Positions 37,711-47,450 of a DNA stretch of 47,450 bases are shown here, one piece after another. The stretch is from Cytophagales bacterium. Lineage in GTDB: Bacteria; Bacteroidota; Bacteroidia; Cytophagales; UBA9547. Under the pieces are notes generated by a model that had not been told where the DNA came from, searched no databases, and worked only from the letters and a program-made list of their open reading frames with translations. The stretch spans positions 1 through 47,450 of the forward strand of contig JBJXGB010000133.1 of assembly GCA_046152935.1 (NCBI GenBank), in the 5' to 3' direction. Both the position numbers and the translations under genes were made by a program. The number at the start of each line of letters is the position of its first letter. The first letter of the stretch is position 1.

Positions 37711-38496
37711 TTATTTCGATAAAAAATTTTTGTTTTGAATGTTTTCTGTCATTATTTGATAAATAGTTTGGATTTCAGTGTATTTGTCGAGCATTTTTAA
37801 GTGCATTTGAATTGTTTTGTCGTCTTTTCGTGCAGCAGGGCCAGTTTGAGATTTTTCAGGGCCATTTGCTAATGCTTTTTGAATGGTTTCTTCGATCAAA
37901 GGTTGCAAAATTTTGAATTCCAGATTTTCTCTTTCTACAATATTTTTTGCGATGGAGAATAAATGATTGGTAAAATTGCAGGCAAAAACTGCTGCCAAAT
38001 GCAACACTTTTCTATCATTCGAGTTTACAAAAGCTACATTTTCGCAGATAGAAAACGCCAATTTTTCAATTGATTTTTCTAGCAATTTATCTTCTAATTC
38101 AATACAAATTGGAATATTTTCAAAGTTGACAGCTTTGGCTTTGCTAAAAGTCTGCAAAGGATAAAAAACACCTATTTTTACATTCATTAAGCCTTCCAAA
38201 GCCTCTAACCCTTTTGAGCCGGCCGTATGAAGAACGATACAGTCTTTTGGTAATTTCAGTGTTGCACAGACTGTTTCGATGGCATCGTCTGGCACACAAA
38301 TAAAAAATATTTCGGCTTTACTTTCTGTAAGATTCAATGAATTGGTTGGCAACGCATTGTAAAGCTTGCCACATAGCTTTTTGGCATTGGTAATGCTGCG
38401 GCTGTATACCTCTAGCACTGAGTGGTGGTTAGTATTCTCAAAAGCTTGGGCTAAATGCCAAGCTACATTACCAGACCCAATAAAAGATAATTTCAA
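37711..38496 (-). CDS. Rossmann-like and DUF2520 domain oxidoreductase
   Basis: FIGSGNVAWHL, VPDDAI, HTAGS, FYPLQTFS, LHLAAVFACNF and QTGPA motifs. Confidence 0.88.
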   Translation of the reverse strand: MKLSFIGSGNVAWHLAQAFENTNHHSVLEVYSRSITNAKKLCGKLYNALPTNSLNLTESKAEIFFICVPDDAIETVCATLKLPKDCIVLHTAGSKGLEALEGLMNVKIGVFYPLQTFSKAKAVNFENIPICIELEDKLLEKSIEKLAFSICENVAFVNSNDRKVLHLAAVFACNFTNHLFSIAKNIVERENLEFKILQPLIEETIQKALANGPEKSQTGPAARKDDKTIQMHLKMLDKYTEIQTIYQIMTENIQNKNFLSK

Positions 38497-38615
38497 TTTT
38501 TATGTGATTTCGAGGCTAAAATTAGATAAAAATACGCCCAATCTCGACCTTGATACCTAAATTTTAATGTATGTTGATGAAAATTTCACTTGAAATTTGG
38601 CTTTTCCGTAGACAA

Positions 38616-39917
38616 TCAACCGATTTCTTCGTGTTGAGCCTCGAGTTCGGTCAAAAGCCTTTGTTTGCTATCCAAATTACGTTTTTGTGAATTAAGTTTT
38701 GACCCAAAGACTTTATCAAACGAATTTCCGCCCGCATTTACATTTTGAGCAGCAAAATTATTTTCAAAATTTTCGATATTGTCTTTGTCGCGCTGCACCA
38801 ATTCTTTCATTATGCCAATTTTAATCCTTATTTGCTCTTTCAATGGCAATCTTGTGATATTTGGCGTGCGTTTGTAGGCTATTTTATTCATAAAATAAAT
38901 ATCCAAAATGCGAGCTACGTTTACTTTGAATTGGGTGTCCATCTCCCTAAAATCAGAAATAGTACGCTGAATGCCCAGTTGTTTCCATTCATCATACATT
39001 TTCCGAGATTCGTCATCGCCACCATAAGGCAACTCTAGCAAAATCTGTTCTGTGCGTTCTATTAATTTTTTGTAAGGCAATAAAATCGCCACAATATGCG
39101 GTGGCTGCGTTCGCGGTCCTCGATTTTTTTTATATTCTTTTACACGGGCAGTAAGAATGGCTGAGGAATCTTTATACATTTTCATAATTGGATCCAAGTC
39201 TTTTTTAGGAACTAAACCAACTTTACGCCAATCTTCTTTGATTTTCCTAAACTCTTCACCAGCTTTTCGCATGTCGCCCCAATTGCAAACTTCTGCAGAT
39301 TTTTGGGCCAGAACATTGTATTTTTGAAGTTTTACTTCGTTCATTTGGTTGCGAGCCTCGTAAAACTCTTGCCTGCGTTTGAAAAAAGTATCAAGTCTTA
39401 CCTTCAATAATTCCTCTACTTCTTCTTCAGCCGATTTTTCTACGCCACCAATCCTAATCCACTTTTTCTTTATTTCTTTGATTTGTTCGGCAACATTTAT
39501 CCAATCACTGCTGTCTTTAATCAAATCAAGTTCTTGCAAAAGGGCTTGTTTCAGACCCAAATTTTTCAGTCTATTTTTTACAATCAACTCGTCAAGTTCT
39601 ACTTCTTTATCAATTAACTTTTGAAAAATAGTTGCAAAATCGCCAATGGCTTCAAATGAACCACAAAGTTGCTTGAGATGAAGGAGTTTTTGCAGATACG
39701 AACCTTTATTTTCTGCTGTCTCGATGGCGGCAAACAAATCGTCCACTTTTTTGGTAAAAGTGTTAAATCTATTTTCAAAATATTTGATAGCCGCTAGGTC
39801 TGAATCTTTTACAATGCCAACTTCCCTATCTGGAAAATTTAAAAATGAGGCCAAGTATACTTTTCCTTCTTTGATATAACCGAAAGGGTGTTCTGCGGCT
39901 ATATAGTTTGTTTCCAC
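38616..39917 (-). CDS. DUF349-like helical protein
   Basis: PFGYIKEGKVYL N-terminus; repeated W..IG motifs (KKWIRIGGV, DWRKVGLV, EWKQLG). Confidence 0.8.
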   Translation of the reverse strand: METNYIAAEHPFGYIKEGKVYLASFLNFPDREVGIVKDSDLAAIKYFENRFNTFTKKVDDLFAAIETAENKGSYLQKLLHLKQLCGSFEAIGDFATIFQKLIDKEVELDELIVKNRLKNLGLKQALLQELDLIKDSSDWINVAEQIKEIKKKWIRIGGVEKSAEEEVEELLKVRLDTFFKRRQEFYEARNQMNEVKLQKYNVLAQKSAEVCNWGDMRKAGEEFRKIKEDWRKVGLVPKKDLDPIMKMYKDSSAILTARVKEYKKNRGPRTQPPHIVAILLPYKKLIERTEQILLELPYGGDDESRKMYDEWKQLGIQRTISDFREMDTQFKVNVARILDIYFMNKIAYKRTPNITRLPLKEQIRIKIGIMKELVQRDKDNIENFENNFAAQNVNAGGNSFDKVFGSKLNSQKRNLDSKQRLLTELEAQHEEIG

Positions 39918-40019
39918 GTTGGTATAGGTTGTTTAGTTTGATTGATAACTCTTTTTAAATAAAAGCTAAGAGCTAATATTTAAGCACACGAGTTCAGTGC
40001 AAATATAAAAATAAAAAAA

Positions 40020-42614
40020 TTAATTTTGATAATGAAGAAAAATTAAATCTGCCACTAATGCAGTCCAACCAGTTTGGTGCGATGCACCACAGCCTTTGCC
40101 AGTGTCGCCATCAAAATACTCGTAAAAGAGTACATTTTCATTAAAATCTGGCTTTTTAAACAAGGTGTTATGTTGCTGATATACAGGTCGTTGCTTACCA
40201 TTTGCTTCAAAAATGCTTATCAATCGTTGAGAGATACCTTTTGCTATTTGCGTAAAATTACTTTGAATACCAATAGGAAAATGTGGATATTGAAGCATTA
40301 GTTTATCGCCATAAAACGCACCAAATTTGTAAAATGCGTCTATTAATACATAATTAACAGGAAACCATATTGGCCCTCGCCAATTTGAATTTTCTCCAAA
40401 ATCGGCTGTCTCCGACTCTGCAGGTTTGTATTTCATGGCATAATCTTGCTTATTGACAATGGCTGTAAAAGGGAATACTTCATACTCTTTCGACAGCGAA
40501 CGAATGCCAAATTTCGACAAATAGCGACTTTCATCAGCCAAAGAATAGTACATCCTTTTCAATCTCTTTTCTGGCACTGTGGCAAAAAGCCAGTTTCCAT
40601 CCTCAGATTTTTTTATGTAGCTGTCATTTTCTTCATCCGTAGCCAAGATAAGAAGCGAAGATACAAATGATGGATTGTTGCTTAAATCGATATTTGAAAG
40701 GAATTCTGTCGCAAAAATGGGCGACAAACCTACTATACTTCTGATTGGCAAAGGCACCAAAGTACCATCTGCATTCAATATAAAATCGCCATACACGCCC
40801 TCTTTATCATTCCAATGGTATTGATTGATAGCTTTTGAAATCGAAAGGAAGTTTTTAGCAAAATACAAGGCATCTGCTTCGTGCTGGGCATATTTTTGAG
40901 ATAATTTCAACGCCATCAGCATCAAATTGAGCGAAAAAAGTGCCATCCAAGCTGCGGAATCGGCTTGAATTAATTTGGCACTGTTTGCTAAAGGTCGGCC
41001 ACGATCAAATAGGCTTACATTATCTAGCCCCATAAATCCACCTCCGAACAGCATTTCACCATTTATTGTTTGCGTAGCAAGCCACCATTGGTAATTGCGA
41101 AACAAACCTGAGTAAATTCCTGACAAAAAAGCCAAATCGCCTTCATCTTCTCTTTGCTTTTTATCAATCTCAAATATTTTCAGAGCTCCATAAGCACAAA
41201 CAGGTGGATTCACATCGCCAAAGGCCCATTCGTAAGCTGGTATTTGCCCTTGTGGGGACATATATCGATCAGAAACAAACAGTTTGATCTGATTTTTGGC
41301 AAATTCGCTATCAATATGGGCAAATGGAATGGCATGAAAAGCAGTATCCCAAGCGGCAAACCAAGGATATTCCCATTTATCAGGCATTGAAATAATGTCG
41401 TGGCAATCTAAATGCTTCCATGTGGCATTGCGCCCTTTTTTGCGTATTTCTGGTGGAGGAAATTGATTTGCATCGCCATTTAGCCAGTTTTTGGCATTGA
41501 ATTCGTAAAATTGCTTGCCCCAAACCAAACCAGCCAAGGCCTGACGTTGCACGAATGCGTGTTCAGTATTTGTAATTTCGGCTTGAAGTGTATCGTAGTA
41601 AACATTTGCATCATTTTTTACTTTTTCAAACGCAATATCAAAATTTGCAAAAGCTGTTTTTGAATCAAAATTTGCTGTTTTCTTTCTTAATCTAAACTTT
41701 AGCTCGATGCTTTGTCCGGCTGGTACAGCGATTTTTTTGTATCCAGCAGCTTTTGTGCCCGTTTTCAATGGATTTACTGCCTGTGTACGACCTTCGATCA
41801 AATATTCATGAAAGGCATCTTTCACATGTGCGGTAATGCTTGGAAGCCCAAAAAGTCGGGTAGCATTTGTCTCATTTTCAGTAAATAGCCAAGTTACACT
41901 TTCATTGGCAAACCATTGATAATCACCTACTTTAGGGTGATCTAAAGCTACAAAATCTTCTACCTGCTGCAATGTTGGTTTGTTTTCATTTCCCTCCCAA
42001 GACCAAGTATTCCTAAACCAAGCGGTAGGCAATAGATGTATTTCTTGGGCTTTGTCAGCTCTATTTTGTAATGAGATTTTAATCAAAATATCTTCAGATT
42101 CGGCCTTAGCATACTCAATTATGCAATTGAAATAAGCATTATTATTAAAAATATCGGTATCAGCCAATTCAAATTCAGCATCAGTAATCGCTCTTTTACC
42201 GTTTTCTTCCACCAACTTTGCGTAAGGAAATGCCTGATGCGGGTATTTATATTCATATTTTAAATAGGAAGCCGAAGGCGTGGCATCGGCATAAAAGTAA
42301 TATTCTTTCACATCTTCATTTCTATTGCCTTCCACGCCAGTGAGGCCAAAAATACGCTCTTTCAAAATGGCATCTTTTCCGTTCCAAAAGGCAAAAGCAA
42401 AGCAAATTCGTTGGCTGTCGTCACATATCCCTGCTATGCCATCTTCGCCCCAACGATAGGCACGAGAGCGAGCATGGTCGTGCGGCAAAAAATTCCAGGC
42501 CGCACCAAATTCACTATAATCTTCGCGCACTGTGCCCCATTGGCGTTCGGAAAGATACGGCCCCCATTTTTTCCACAGTGGATTTTGAACTCGCTCAGAT
42601 TCAGTAATTTGCAT
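40020..42614 (-). CDS. MGH1-like glycoside hydrolase (GH63-related glucosidase)
   Basis: WGPYLSERQWGTVREDYS, SMPDKWEYPWFAAWD, WRGPIWFP and GASHQTGWT motifs. Confidence 0.9.
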   Translation of the reverse strand: MQITESERVQNPLWKKWGPYLSERQWGTVREDYSEFGAAWNFLPHDHARSRAYRWGEDGIAGICDDSQRICFAFAFWNGKDAILKERIFGLTGVEGNRNEDVKEYYFYADATPSASYLKYEYKYPHQAFPYAKLVEENGKRAITDAEFELADTDIFNNNAYFNCIIEYAKAESEDILIKISLQNRADKAQEIHLLPTAWFRNTWSWEGNENKPTLQQVEDFVALDHPKVGDYQWFANESVTWLFTENETNATRLFGLPSITAHVKDAFHEYLIEGRTQAVNPLKTGTKAAGYKKIAVPAGQSIELKFRLRKKTANFDSKTAFANFDIAFEKVKNDANVYYDTLQAEITNTEHAFVQRQALAGLVWGKQFYEFNAKNWLNGDANQFPPPEIRKKGRNATWKHLDCHDIISMPDKWEYPWFAAWDTAFHAIPFAHIDSEFAKNQIKLFVSDRYMSPQGQIPAYEWAFGDVNPPVCAYGALKIFEIDKKQREDEGDLAFLSGIYSGLFRNYQWWLATQTINGEMLFGGGFMGLDNVSLFDRGRPLANSAKLIQADSAAWMALFSLNLMLMALKLSQKYAQHEADALYFAKNFLSISKAINQYHWNDKEGVYGDFILNADGTLVPLPIRSIVGLSPIFATEFLSNIDLSNNPSFVSSLLILATDEENDSYIKKSEDGNWLFATVPEKRLKRMYYSLADESRYLSKFGIRSLSKEYEVFPFTAIVNKQDYAMKYKPAESETADFGENSNWRGPIWFPVNYVLIDAFYKFGAFYGDKLMLQYPHFPIGIQSNFTQIAKGISQRLISIFEANGKQRPVYQQHNTLFKKPDFNENVLFYEYFDGDTGKGCGASHQTGWTALVADLIFLHYQN

Positions 42615-42870
42615 GGTGCAAAATAAAATAATATTTTAGAAAATCAATAGTGTGTTTGCAAACCACGCCTGTTTGAGTTTGAACGGCTAGGTATATTTGC
42701 AACTTCAAAGTATTCAATTAATGTTAGAAAGATTTAGTAGGGTTTTGATACGGTTGGTAAAATAATGATCTAACAGAACGTCAATTAAGCAAATTCCTTT
42801 TTCTTTCGACAACAATTAAGTATGTTCGCTGAAGGTTTAACTTTTTTGTTTCACTAATCTCTAAATTCTT

Positions 42871-43410
42871 ATGAAAATCTTGAAAAACATTGGCATTGGT
42901 TTGGGTGTATTTTTATTAATAATAGCCATAGTGCCTGCACTCCTTCCCGATAAATATATGGTAGAAAGAAGTATTGAAATCGACAAACCAGTAGATTTGG
43001 TCTTTTTAGCAGTAGCAGATTTTAATTCCTATAAAAAATGGAACCCTTGGACGCAAATGGAACCAACTTCAAAACAAACGATTGAAGGCGAAGCCGCAAC
43101 AGTAGGCAGCAAATGGAGCTGGGATGGCAAAAAGGTAGGCAAAGGCAGTTTAACTATTCTTGCTCTTGAGCCTGGCAAATCGATCAAGTCGAGTTTGGTA
43201 TTTTTGGTGCCGATGCAATCGCAAGCGTCAGATACTTGGAAATTTGAAGCAACTCCAACAGGCTCGACAAAAGTGATTTGGCACAATGAAGGCGGTTTTG
43301 GATATATGGATCGCTACTTTGGCTTAATGCTTGATGGAATGTTGGGCGGGCAATTTGAAACTGGACTCAAAAATCTTAAAAGTTTAGCCGAAACAGGCAA
43401 GGCTTATTAA
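42871..43410 (+). CDS. SRPBCC-family protein with an N-terminal membrane anchor
   Basis: VERSIEI..P, WNPW, FETGLKNLK pattern. Confidence 0.85.
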   Translation: MKILKNIGIGLGVFLLIIAIVPALLPDKYMVERSIEIDKPVDLVFLAVADFNSYKKWNPWTQMEPTSKQTIEGEAATVGSKWSWDGKKVGKGSLTILALEPGKSIKSSLVFLVPMQSQASDTWKFEATPTGSTKVIWHNEGGFGYMDRYFGLMLDGMLGGQFETGLKNLKSLAETGKAY

Positions 43411-43415
43411 CTACA

Positions 43416-43457
43416 AATTAGGTGTCTGACCACTTTTAGATGGCCAGACGCCTAATT
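43416..43457. terminator. hairpin between convergent genes, probable terminator
   Basis: AATTAGGTGTCTGACCA / TGGCCAGACGCCTAATT, 17-bp stem with 2 imperfect pairs. Confidence 0.65.
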
Positions 43458-43462
43458 GTCAA

Positions 43463-44107
43463 TCAATATACAATTTCAATTTGACTTCTTTTTTCGTTCA
43501 ACTCCCAAAATTTTTCTGCTAATATTTTAGGCGAATGCGTTTCACTTTCTGGCGTAATCCAGCCACCAATGGTGACAGTACCTACAAAAACTCCAATGGG
43601 CTTCAATACTTGGCTCAATTGATATGTTAGGTTTTTGATTCCTGCTTTACCTAAAGAAATACTTGCCATGGCAGGATTTGGAAAATTGGCGGAGCCACCT
43701 CCAGTAAACAAAATACTCCCTTTGGCTTCTTTTAAATCTGGTAATAGCTCTTTTGCAGCCGCATAAGCATTTCCAACACTTATTTTAAAGCCATTGGCCA
43801 AATCTTCTACTGTTTCATCCATCAAAAATTTCATTCTTGCATCGACAGCATTGTATTGAAGGATATCAATTTTTCCAATCTGGGTTTTAATATTGCGAAT
43901 CGCATTAAGCAGTTGATTTGTATCGGATACATCAGCTACAGCGAAAGCTGAATTTACGCCTAAACTTTGCAAATGCATTTTGAAACCAGCCAATTTAGCT
44001 TCGCTTCGGCTTATCATACCAATTTGAAAACCTTCTTTTCCAAATTTTTCAGCAATACCAAGACTAAGTCCAGGGCCCATTCCAACAATTAAAATATTTT
44101 TCGACAT
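43463..44107 (-). CDS. short-chain dehydrogenase/reductase family protein
   Basis: IVGMGPGLSLGIA Rossmann motif; YNA; FTGGG; S.GKAG. Confidence 0.88.
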   Translation of the reverse strand: MSKNILIVGMGPGLSLGIAEKFGKEGFQIGMISRSEAKLAGFKMHLQSLGVNSAFAVADVSDTNQLLNAIRNIKTQIGKIDILQYNAVDARMKFLMDETVEDLANGFKISVGNAYAAAKELLPDLKEAKGSILFTGGGSANFPNPAMASISLGKAGIKNLTYQLSQVLKPIGVFVGTVTIGGWITPESETHSPKILAEKFWELNEKRSQIEIVY

Positions 44108-44254
44108 AACGTTGTAGTAAAGTATAGATTTAAAATTCGTACAAATTAAATGGCTTCAAAGTTCCTGCGGGTATTTCGTTTTTACAATATTTGATGGCAA
44201 ACCTATTTTACGTATCAATACGATTGCAAAGAAGATTTAATAGCAAAAAATGCA

Positions 44255-44262
44255 TAAATTTG
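44255..44262 (+). promoter_or_regulatory. -7 promoter element (TAAATTTG)
   Basis: TAnnTTTG match about 20 nt before the ATG at 44282. Confidence 0.4.
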
Positions 44263-44281
44263 TAGTCATAATTTTAGAAAT

Positions 44282-44562
44282 ATGTATAATTCAGAATATA
44301 TTCCTATTGAAAATGGTCAAGTGATTTTGGATGAACCACTTTTATTAAAAAACAATACCAAAAATGCGCTAATAATTTTGGAAGATGTAGAAATAATGAG
44401 AAATGGAGAACCTATAGTAAAACGAAGAAAACATCTGAGTTATTGGCCTAAATCAGGTTAAGGGACCCTTTTAAGAGCATTTTAGACCCGGTACAATGGC
44501 AAAGGGAAATGAGAAAAGATATAAAAAAAGATTACTTTAATTCACTTTCCTTAGCTTTATAA
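44282..44562 (+). pseudogene. broken small gene, possible antitoxin remnant (DUF2281-like)
   Basis: 59-aa ORF 44282-44461 (MYNSEYIPIENGQVILDEPL...); another frame behind a TAA reads DPVQWQREMRKD (44485-44520). Confidence 0.4.
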
Positions 44563-44629
44563 ATTAACTTTTAAAGTCTGACCTCGGTTGCATTGGGCTT
44601 AAACCCAACACAATTCAAACAAAATATCA

Positions 44630-45517
44630 ATGCCTTACGCTCCACATAAGTCTGACAAAAAACTTTTTATTGTATCTCAGCCAGACGAATTAATGAAATT
44701 TTTGATCTCCCAAATGCCAACCAAAAGCAGAAATGCTATCAAATCGCATTTGGCACATTTTCAAGTAAGGGTAAATAATGAAATTGCTACAAAATTCAAC
44801 CATCCACTTCAAATAGGAAATACAGTTACCATCAGCAACGAAATTTCCATTCCCAAACCCAAATTGAAAGGTTTGACCATCGTGCACGAAGATGATTTTT
44901 TGATCGTGGTCGAAAAAGATGCTGGGTTGCTCACGATGGCGACCGAAAAAGGTGGCGATATTACCGCTTACAGCCAATTAAGAGATTTTGTAAAATCGGA
45001 AGGAGCCGAAAATAAGATTTTTATAGTGCACAGACTAGACAAAGATACTTCTGGACTAATGGTATTTGCCAAAAGCGAGGAAGTAAAAGTGTGGATGCAG
45101 GAAAATTGGGACGACATAGTGTCTGAAAGAAACTACGTAGCTGTGGTTGAAGGCGTTGTTGAAAAAGAAGAAGGCACAGTACAGTCTTACTTAAAAGAAA
45201 ATGGAGTTCTGTTGGTGTTTTCTTCTCCGAAACCAAATGGTGGCAAATTGGCCATTACCCATTACCGAACTTTAAAATCAAATTCTGAATATTCTTTGTT
45301 GGAATTGGCTTTGGAAACAGGCCGAAAAAACCAAATCAGGGTTCACATGCAAGATTTAGGGCATCCTGTGGTTGGCGACAAGAAATATGGTGGTACGCAC
45401 AATGCCATTGGCAGATTGGCGCTTCACGCCTGGAAATTGGCATTTATTCATCCAGACACACAAGAAGAATTGCGATTTGAAAGCCCGATTCCAAGAAAAT
45501 TTAAAGAATTGGTATAA
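44630..45517 (+). CDS. RluA-family pseudouridine synthase with an S4-like N-terminus
   Basis: VVEKDAGLL, IVHRLDKDTSGL, ETGRKNQIRVH, GDKKYG and LALHA motifs. Confidence 0.95.
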   Translation: MPYAPHKSDKKLFIVSQPDELMKFLISQMPTKSRNAIKSHLAHFQVRVNNEIATKFNHPLQIGNTVTISNEISIPKPKLKGLTIVHEDDFLIVVEKDAGLLTMATEKGGDITAYSQLRDFVKSEGAENKIFIVHRLDKDTSGLMVFAKSEEVKVWMQENWDDIVSERNYVAVVEGVVEKEEGTVQSYLKENGVLLVFSSPKPNGGKLAITHYRTLKSNSEYSLLELALETGRKNQIRVHMQDLGHPVVGDKKYGGTHNAIGRLALHAWKLAFIHPDTQEELRFESPIPRKFKELV

Positions 45518-45534
45518 CGATAATTCAAATCATT

Positions 45535-46023
45535 TCAGAAGAGATTGGGCATTTTAGAAGCCAGTACATCTATCAATTTCAACACTGTTACAATCAACGC
45601 TATCAATCCAATACTCCAACGCATATTGCCATTGATGGCTTTTTGGATTTTGAATTCAATATTGCTTTCAAAAGCTTTCAAATTGGCTTCAAAATTAGAT
45701 AATCTAGCATCTACTTTGGTTTCGAGCAATTTAAACTCCCCTTTTAATTCGTTAAATTCACCTTTCAATCCACCAAACTCGCCCTTCAATCCACCAAACT
45801 CGCCTTTCAATCCACCAAACTCGCCTTTCAAAGACGCTACATCTGCCGTTATTTCATTCAGTTTTTCATCCAAATGATTGAAATGGTTGTATTGCGATTT
45901 GAGCAAAAGTGTGTTCACATCTTCTGTGCTCAACCCTTCCCCACGGCTAAATTTCTCTTGAATGTCCCTTACTTTAGGTTCAATCATTTGAAGCAGCATA
46001 TCATCTACATTAGTCTTATTCAT
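45535..46023 (-). CDS. membrane-anchored coiled-coil protein with a tandem heptad repeat (DUF1640/CCDC90-like architecture)
   Basis: (LKGEFGG)n heptads; C-terminal TM WSIGLIALIVTVL. Confidence 0.75.
   Translation of the reverse strand: MNKTNVDDMLLQMIEPKVRDIQEKFSRGEGLSTEDVNTLLLKSQYNHFNHLDEKLNEITADVASLKGEFGGLKGEFGGLKGEFGGLKGEFNELKGEFKLLETKVDARLSNFEANLKAFESNIEFKIQKAINGNMRWSIGLIALIVTVLKLIDVLASKMPNLF
45733..45837. repeat. 21-bp tandem repeat, about 5 units
   Basis: Units start at 45733, 45754, 45775, 45796 and 45817; consensus AAACTCGCCTTTCAATCCACC; central units near-identical. Confidence 0.9.
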
Positions 46024-46134
46024 TTTTTCAGAAGAAATATATTTTAAAGTTAATTAAAATAGACAAAACAACAAGATAGGCAATCAAAACTCGTTTTTTT
46101 TAGTTTACTTGCTTTATCTAAATAAAAGTCAAAT

Positions 46135-47450
46135 ATGTGTTCACTAAAAAAACTTGTTTCTATGCTTTGCTTTGCGCTTTTGGCAATTATCAACGTCAAT
46201 GCCCAAAGTTTTCTGACCAAATCTGTAACTGAAAATGGCTACACGTATTCTGTAGTAACGAATGACCCGCTTAAAACCCGTATTTATACTTTGCCCAACG
46301 GTTTGAAAATCTATTTGAGTGTGTATAAAGATGCACCACGCATTCAAACTTATATTGCGGTGAAAGCAGGAAGCAAAAACGACCCAACTTCACTTACGGG
46401 CTTGGCTCATTATTTGGAACACATGGTTTTCAAAGGAACTTCAAAAATTGGCACTTACGATTGGCAAAATGAAAGCAAACAATTGGCCAAAATAGAAGCG
46501 CTTTACGAAACCTACGGCCAAACAAAAGATGAAAAGAAACGAGAAAAACTCTATGCACAGATCGATAGTGTATCAAGTGTAGCTGCAAAATACGCCATTG
46601 CCAATGAATATGATAAGATAGTTTCTGCTATTGGTGCCAAAGGAACCAATGCTTATACCTGGGTGGAACAAACGGTGTATATGAATGATATTCCTGCCAA
46701 TGAAATAGAACGTTGGGCAAAGCTGGAAGCAGAGCGTTTTGGTGAACTAACCCCAAGATTATTTCACACAGAGTTGGAAGCTGTGTACGAAGAAAAAAAT
46801 ACAAGAATTGACAGTGATGGCGATAAAATATTTGATGCCACTTTCGAAGCCATGTTTCCCAACAATACTTATGGATCGCAAACTACCATTGGTACTGTAG
46901 AACACTTAAAGAATCCATCCATTACGGCAATCAAAAATTATTTCTATACTTATTATGTACCAAATAATATGGCCATTTGCCTCAGTGGCGATTTTGATCC
47001 TGACCAAACGATCAAAACGATAGATAAATATTGGGGAGGCAAAAAATCTAAAGTAGTTCCCGCTTATAATCCTTTCCAAGAAAAACCGATTGAAAAACCG
47101 ATTTTCAAGTCTGTGACAGGGCCTTCTCCTGCTAGTTTGGCCATTTGCTACCGTTTTCCTGGTGCCGCTTCTAAAGATGTACGCACCATGGAAATGTTCA
47201 GCAAAGTGCTTTCCAATGGCAAAGCTGGTGTACTGGATTTGAATTTAATTCAGAAACAAAAAGTATTAGGTGCTCAGGTTTTTCCTTACAGTATGAAAGA
47301 TTATAGCATCAATATGATTATGGCCAATCCAAGGGAAGGACAGTCGTTGGATGAGGTAAAAAACTTGATTTTGGCTCAAATTGATTCTGTAAAAAAAGGA
47401 AAATTTGACGAATCGCTATTGCAAGCCATTATCAATAACGAAAAAATTGG
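46135..47450 (+). CDS. M16 (insulinase/pitrilysin) family zinc peptidase, 5' part only (runs off the window)
   Basis: Not in the ORF track. ATG 46135; signal peptide; TRIYTLPNGLKIYL, KAGSKNDP, GLAHYLEHMVFKGT (HxxEH), GTNAYT, ELEAVYEEKN. Confidence 0.93.
   Translation, partial: MCSLKKLVSMLCFALLAIINVNAQSFLTKSVTENGYTYSVVTNDPLKTRIYTLPNGLKIYLSVYKDAPRIQTYIAVKAGSKNDPTSLTGLAHYLEHMVFKGTSKIGTYDWQNESKQLAKIEALYETYGQTKDEKKREKLYAQIDSVSSVAAKYAIANEYDKIVSAIGAKGTNAYTWVEQTVYMNDIPANEIERWAKLEAERFGELTPRLFHTELEAVYEEKNTRIDSDGDKIFDATFEAMFPNNTYGSQTTIGTVEHLKNPSITAIKNYFYTYYVPNNMAICLSGDFDPDQTIKTIDKYWGGKKSKVVPAYNPFQEKPIEKPIFKSVTGPSPASLAICYRFPGAASKDVRTMEMFSKVLSNGKAGVLDLNLIQKQKVLGAQVFPYSMKDYSINMIMANPREGQSLDEVKNLILAQIDSVKKGKFDESLLQAIINNEKI

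Noticed and set aside
45733-45837. CRISPR-like appearance of the tandem repeat
   Set aside because: Units are contiguous with no spacers, in frame within a CDS, and no cas genes are present
1286-46347. The many short antisense or nested ORFs in the track (for example 1286-1621, 6135-6620, 18840-19280, 30039-30311, 46144-46347)
   Set aside because: They are shadows of well-supported genes in other frames and carry no motifs

Overview
AT-rich bacterial chromosomal window, almost certainly Bacteroidota and probably Cytophagales-like. Support: a T9SS C-terminal sorting domain, a fused SecDF, recurrent TAnnTTTG -7 promoter elements, and the DUF4199/DUF349/DUF2520-type gene set. The backbone is housekeeping: uvrA, secDF, bcp, aspS, hisC, proC, ruvB, an RluA-family synthase and a partial M16 peptidase. 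Small accessory inserts interrupt it: (i) a HigBA-like TA pair with REP-like hairpins and a Uma2 gene; (ii) a two-gene islet (DUF5678-like protein plus a retropepsin broken by TAG) bracketed by an 85-bp duplication of the 3' end of a site-2 protease gene; (iii) a tandem NUMOD4-HNH gene with a deacetylase, a methyltransferase and a second Uma2; (iv) an ABC-type ATPase plus PD-(D/E)xK-like gene pair upstream of aspS, a candidate defence system; (v) a low-oxygen cluster with a Cys-rich Crp/Fnr regulator, FNR-like boxes spaced 22 bp apart, a lone cNMP-domain protein, a USP and a non-canonical cbb3-like oxidase lacking CcoP/CcoQ. A signal-peptide-bearing uORF ending in NAP-stop directly upstream of secDF is a candidate translation-arrest peptide. 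I saw no rRNA, tRNA, CRISPR array, integrase or transposase. All family assignments are by-eye motif recognition; no searches were run.
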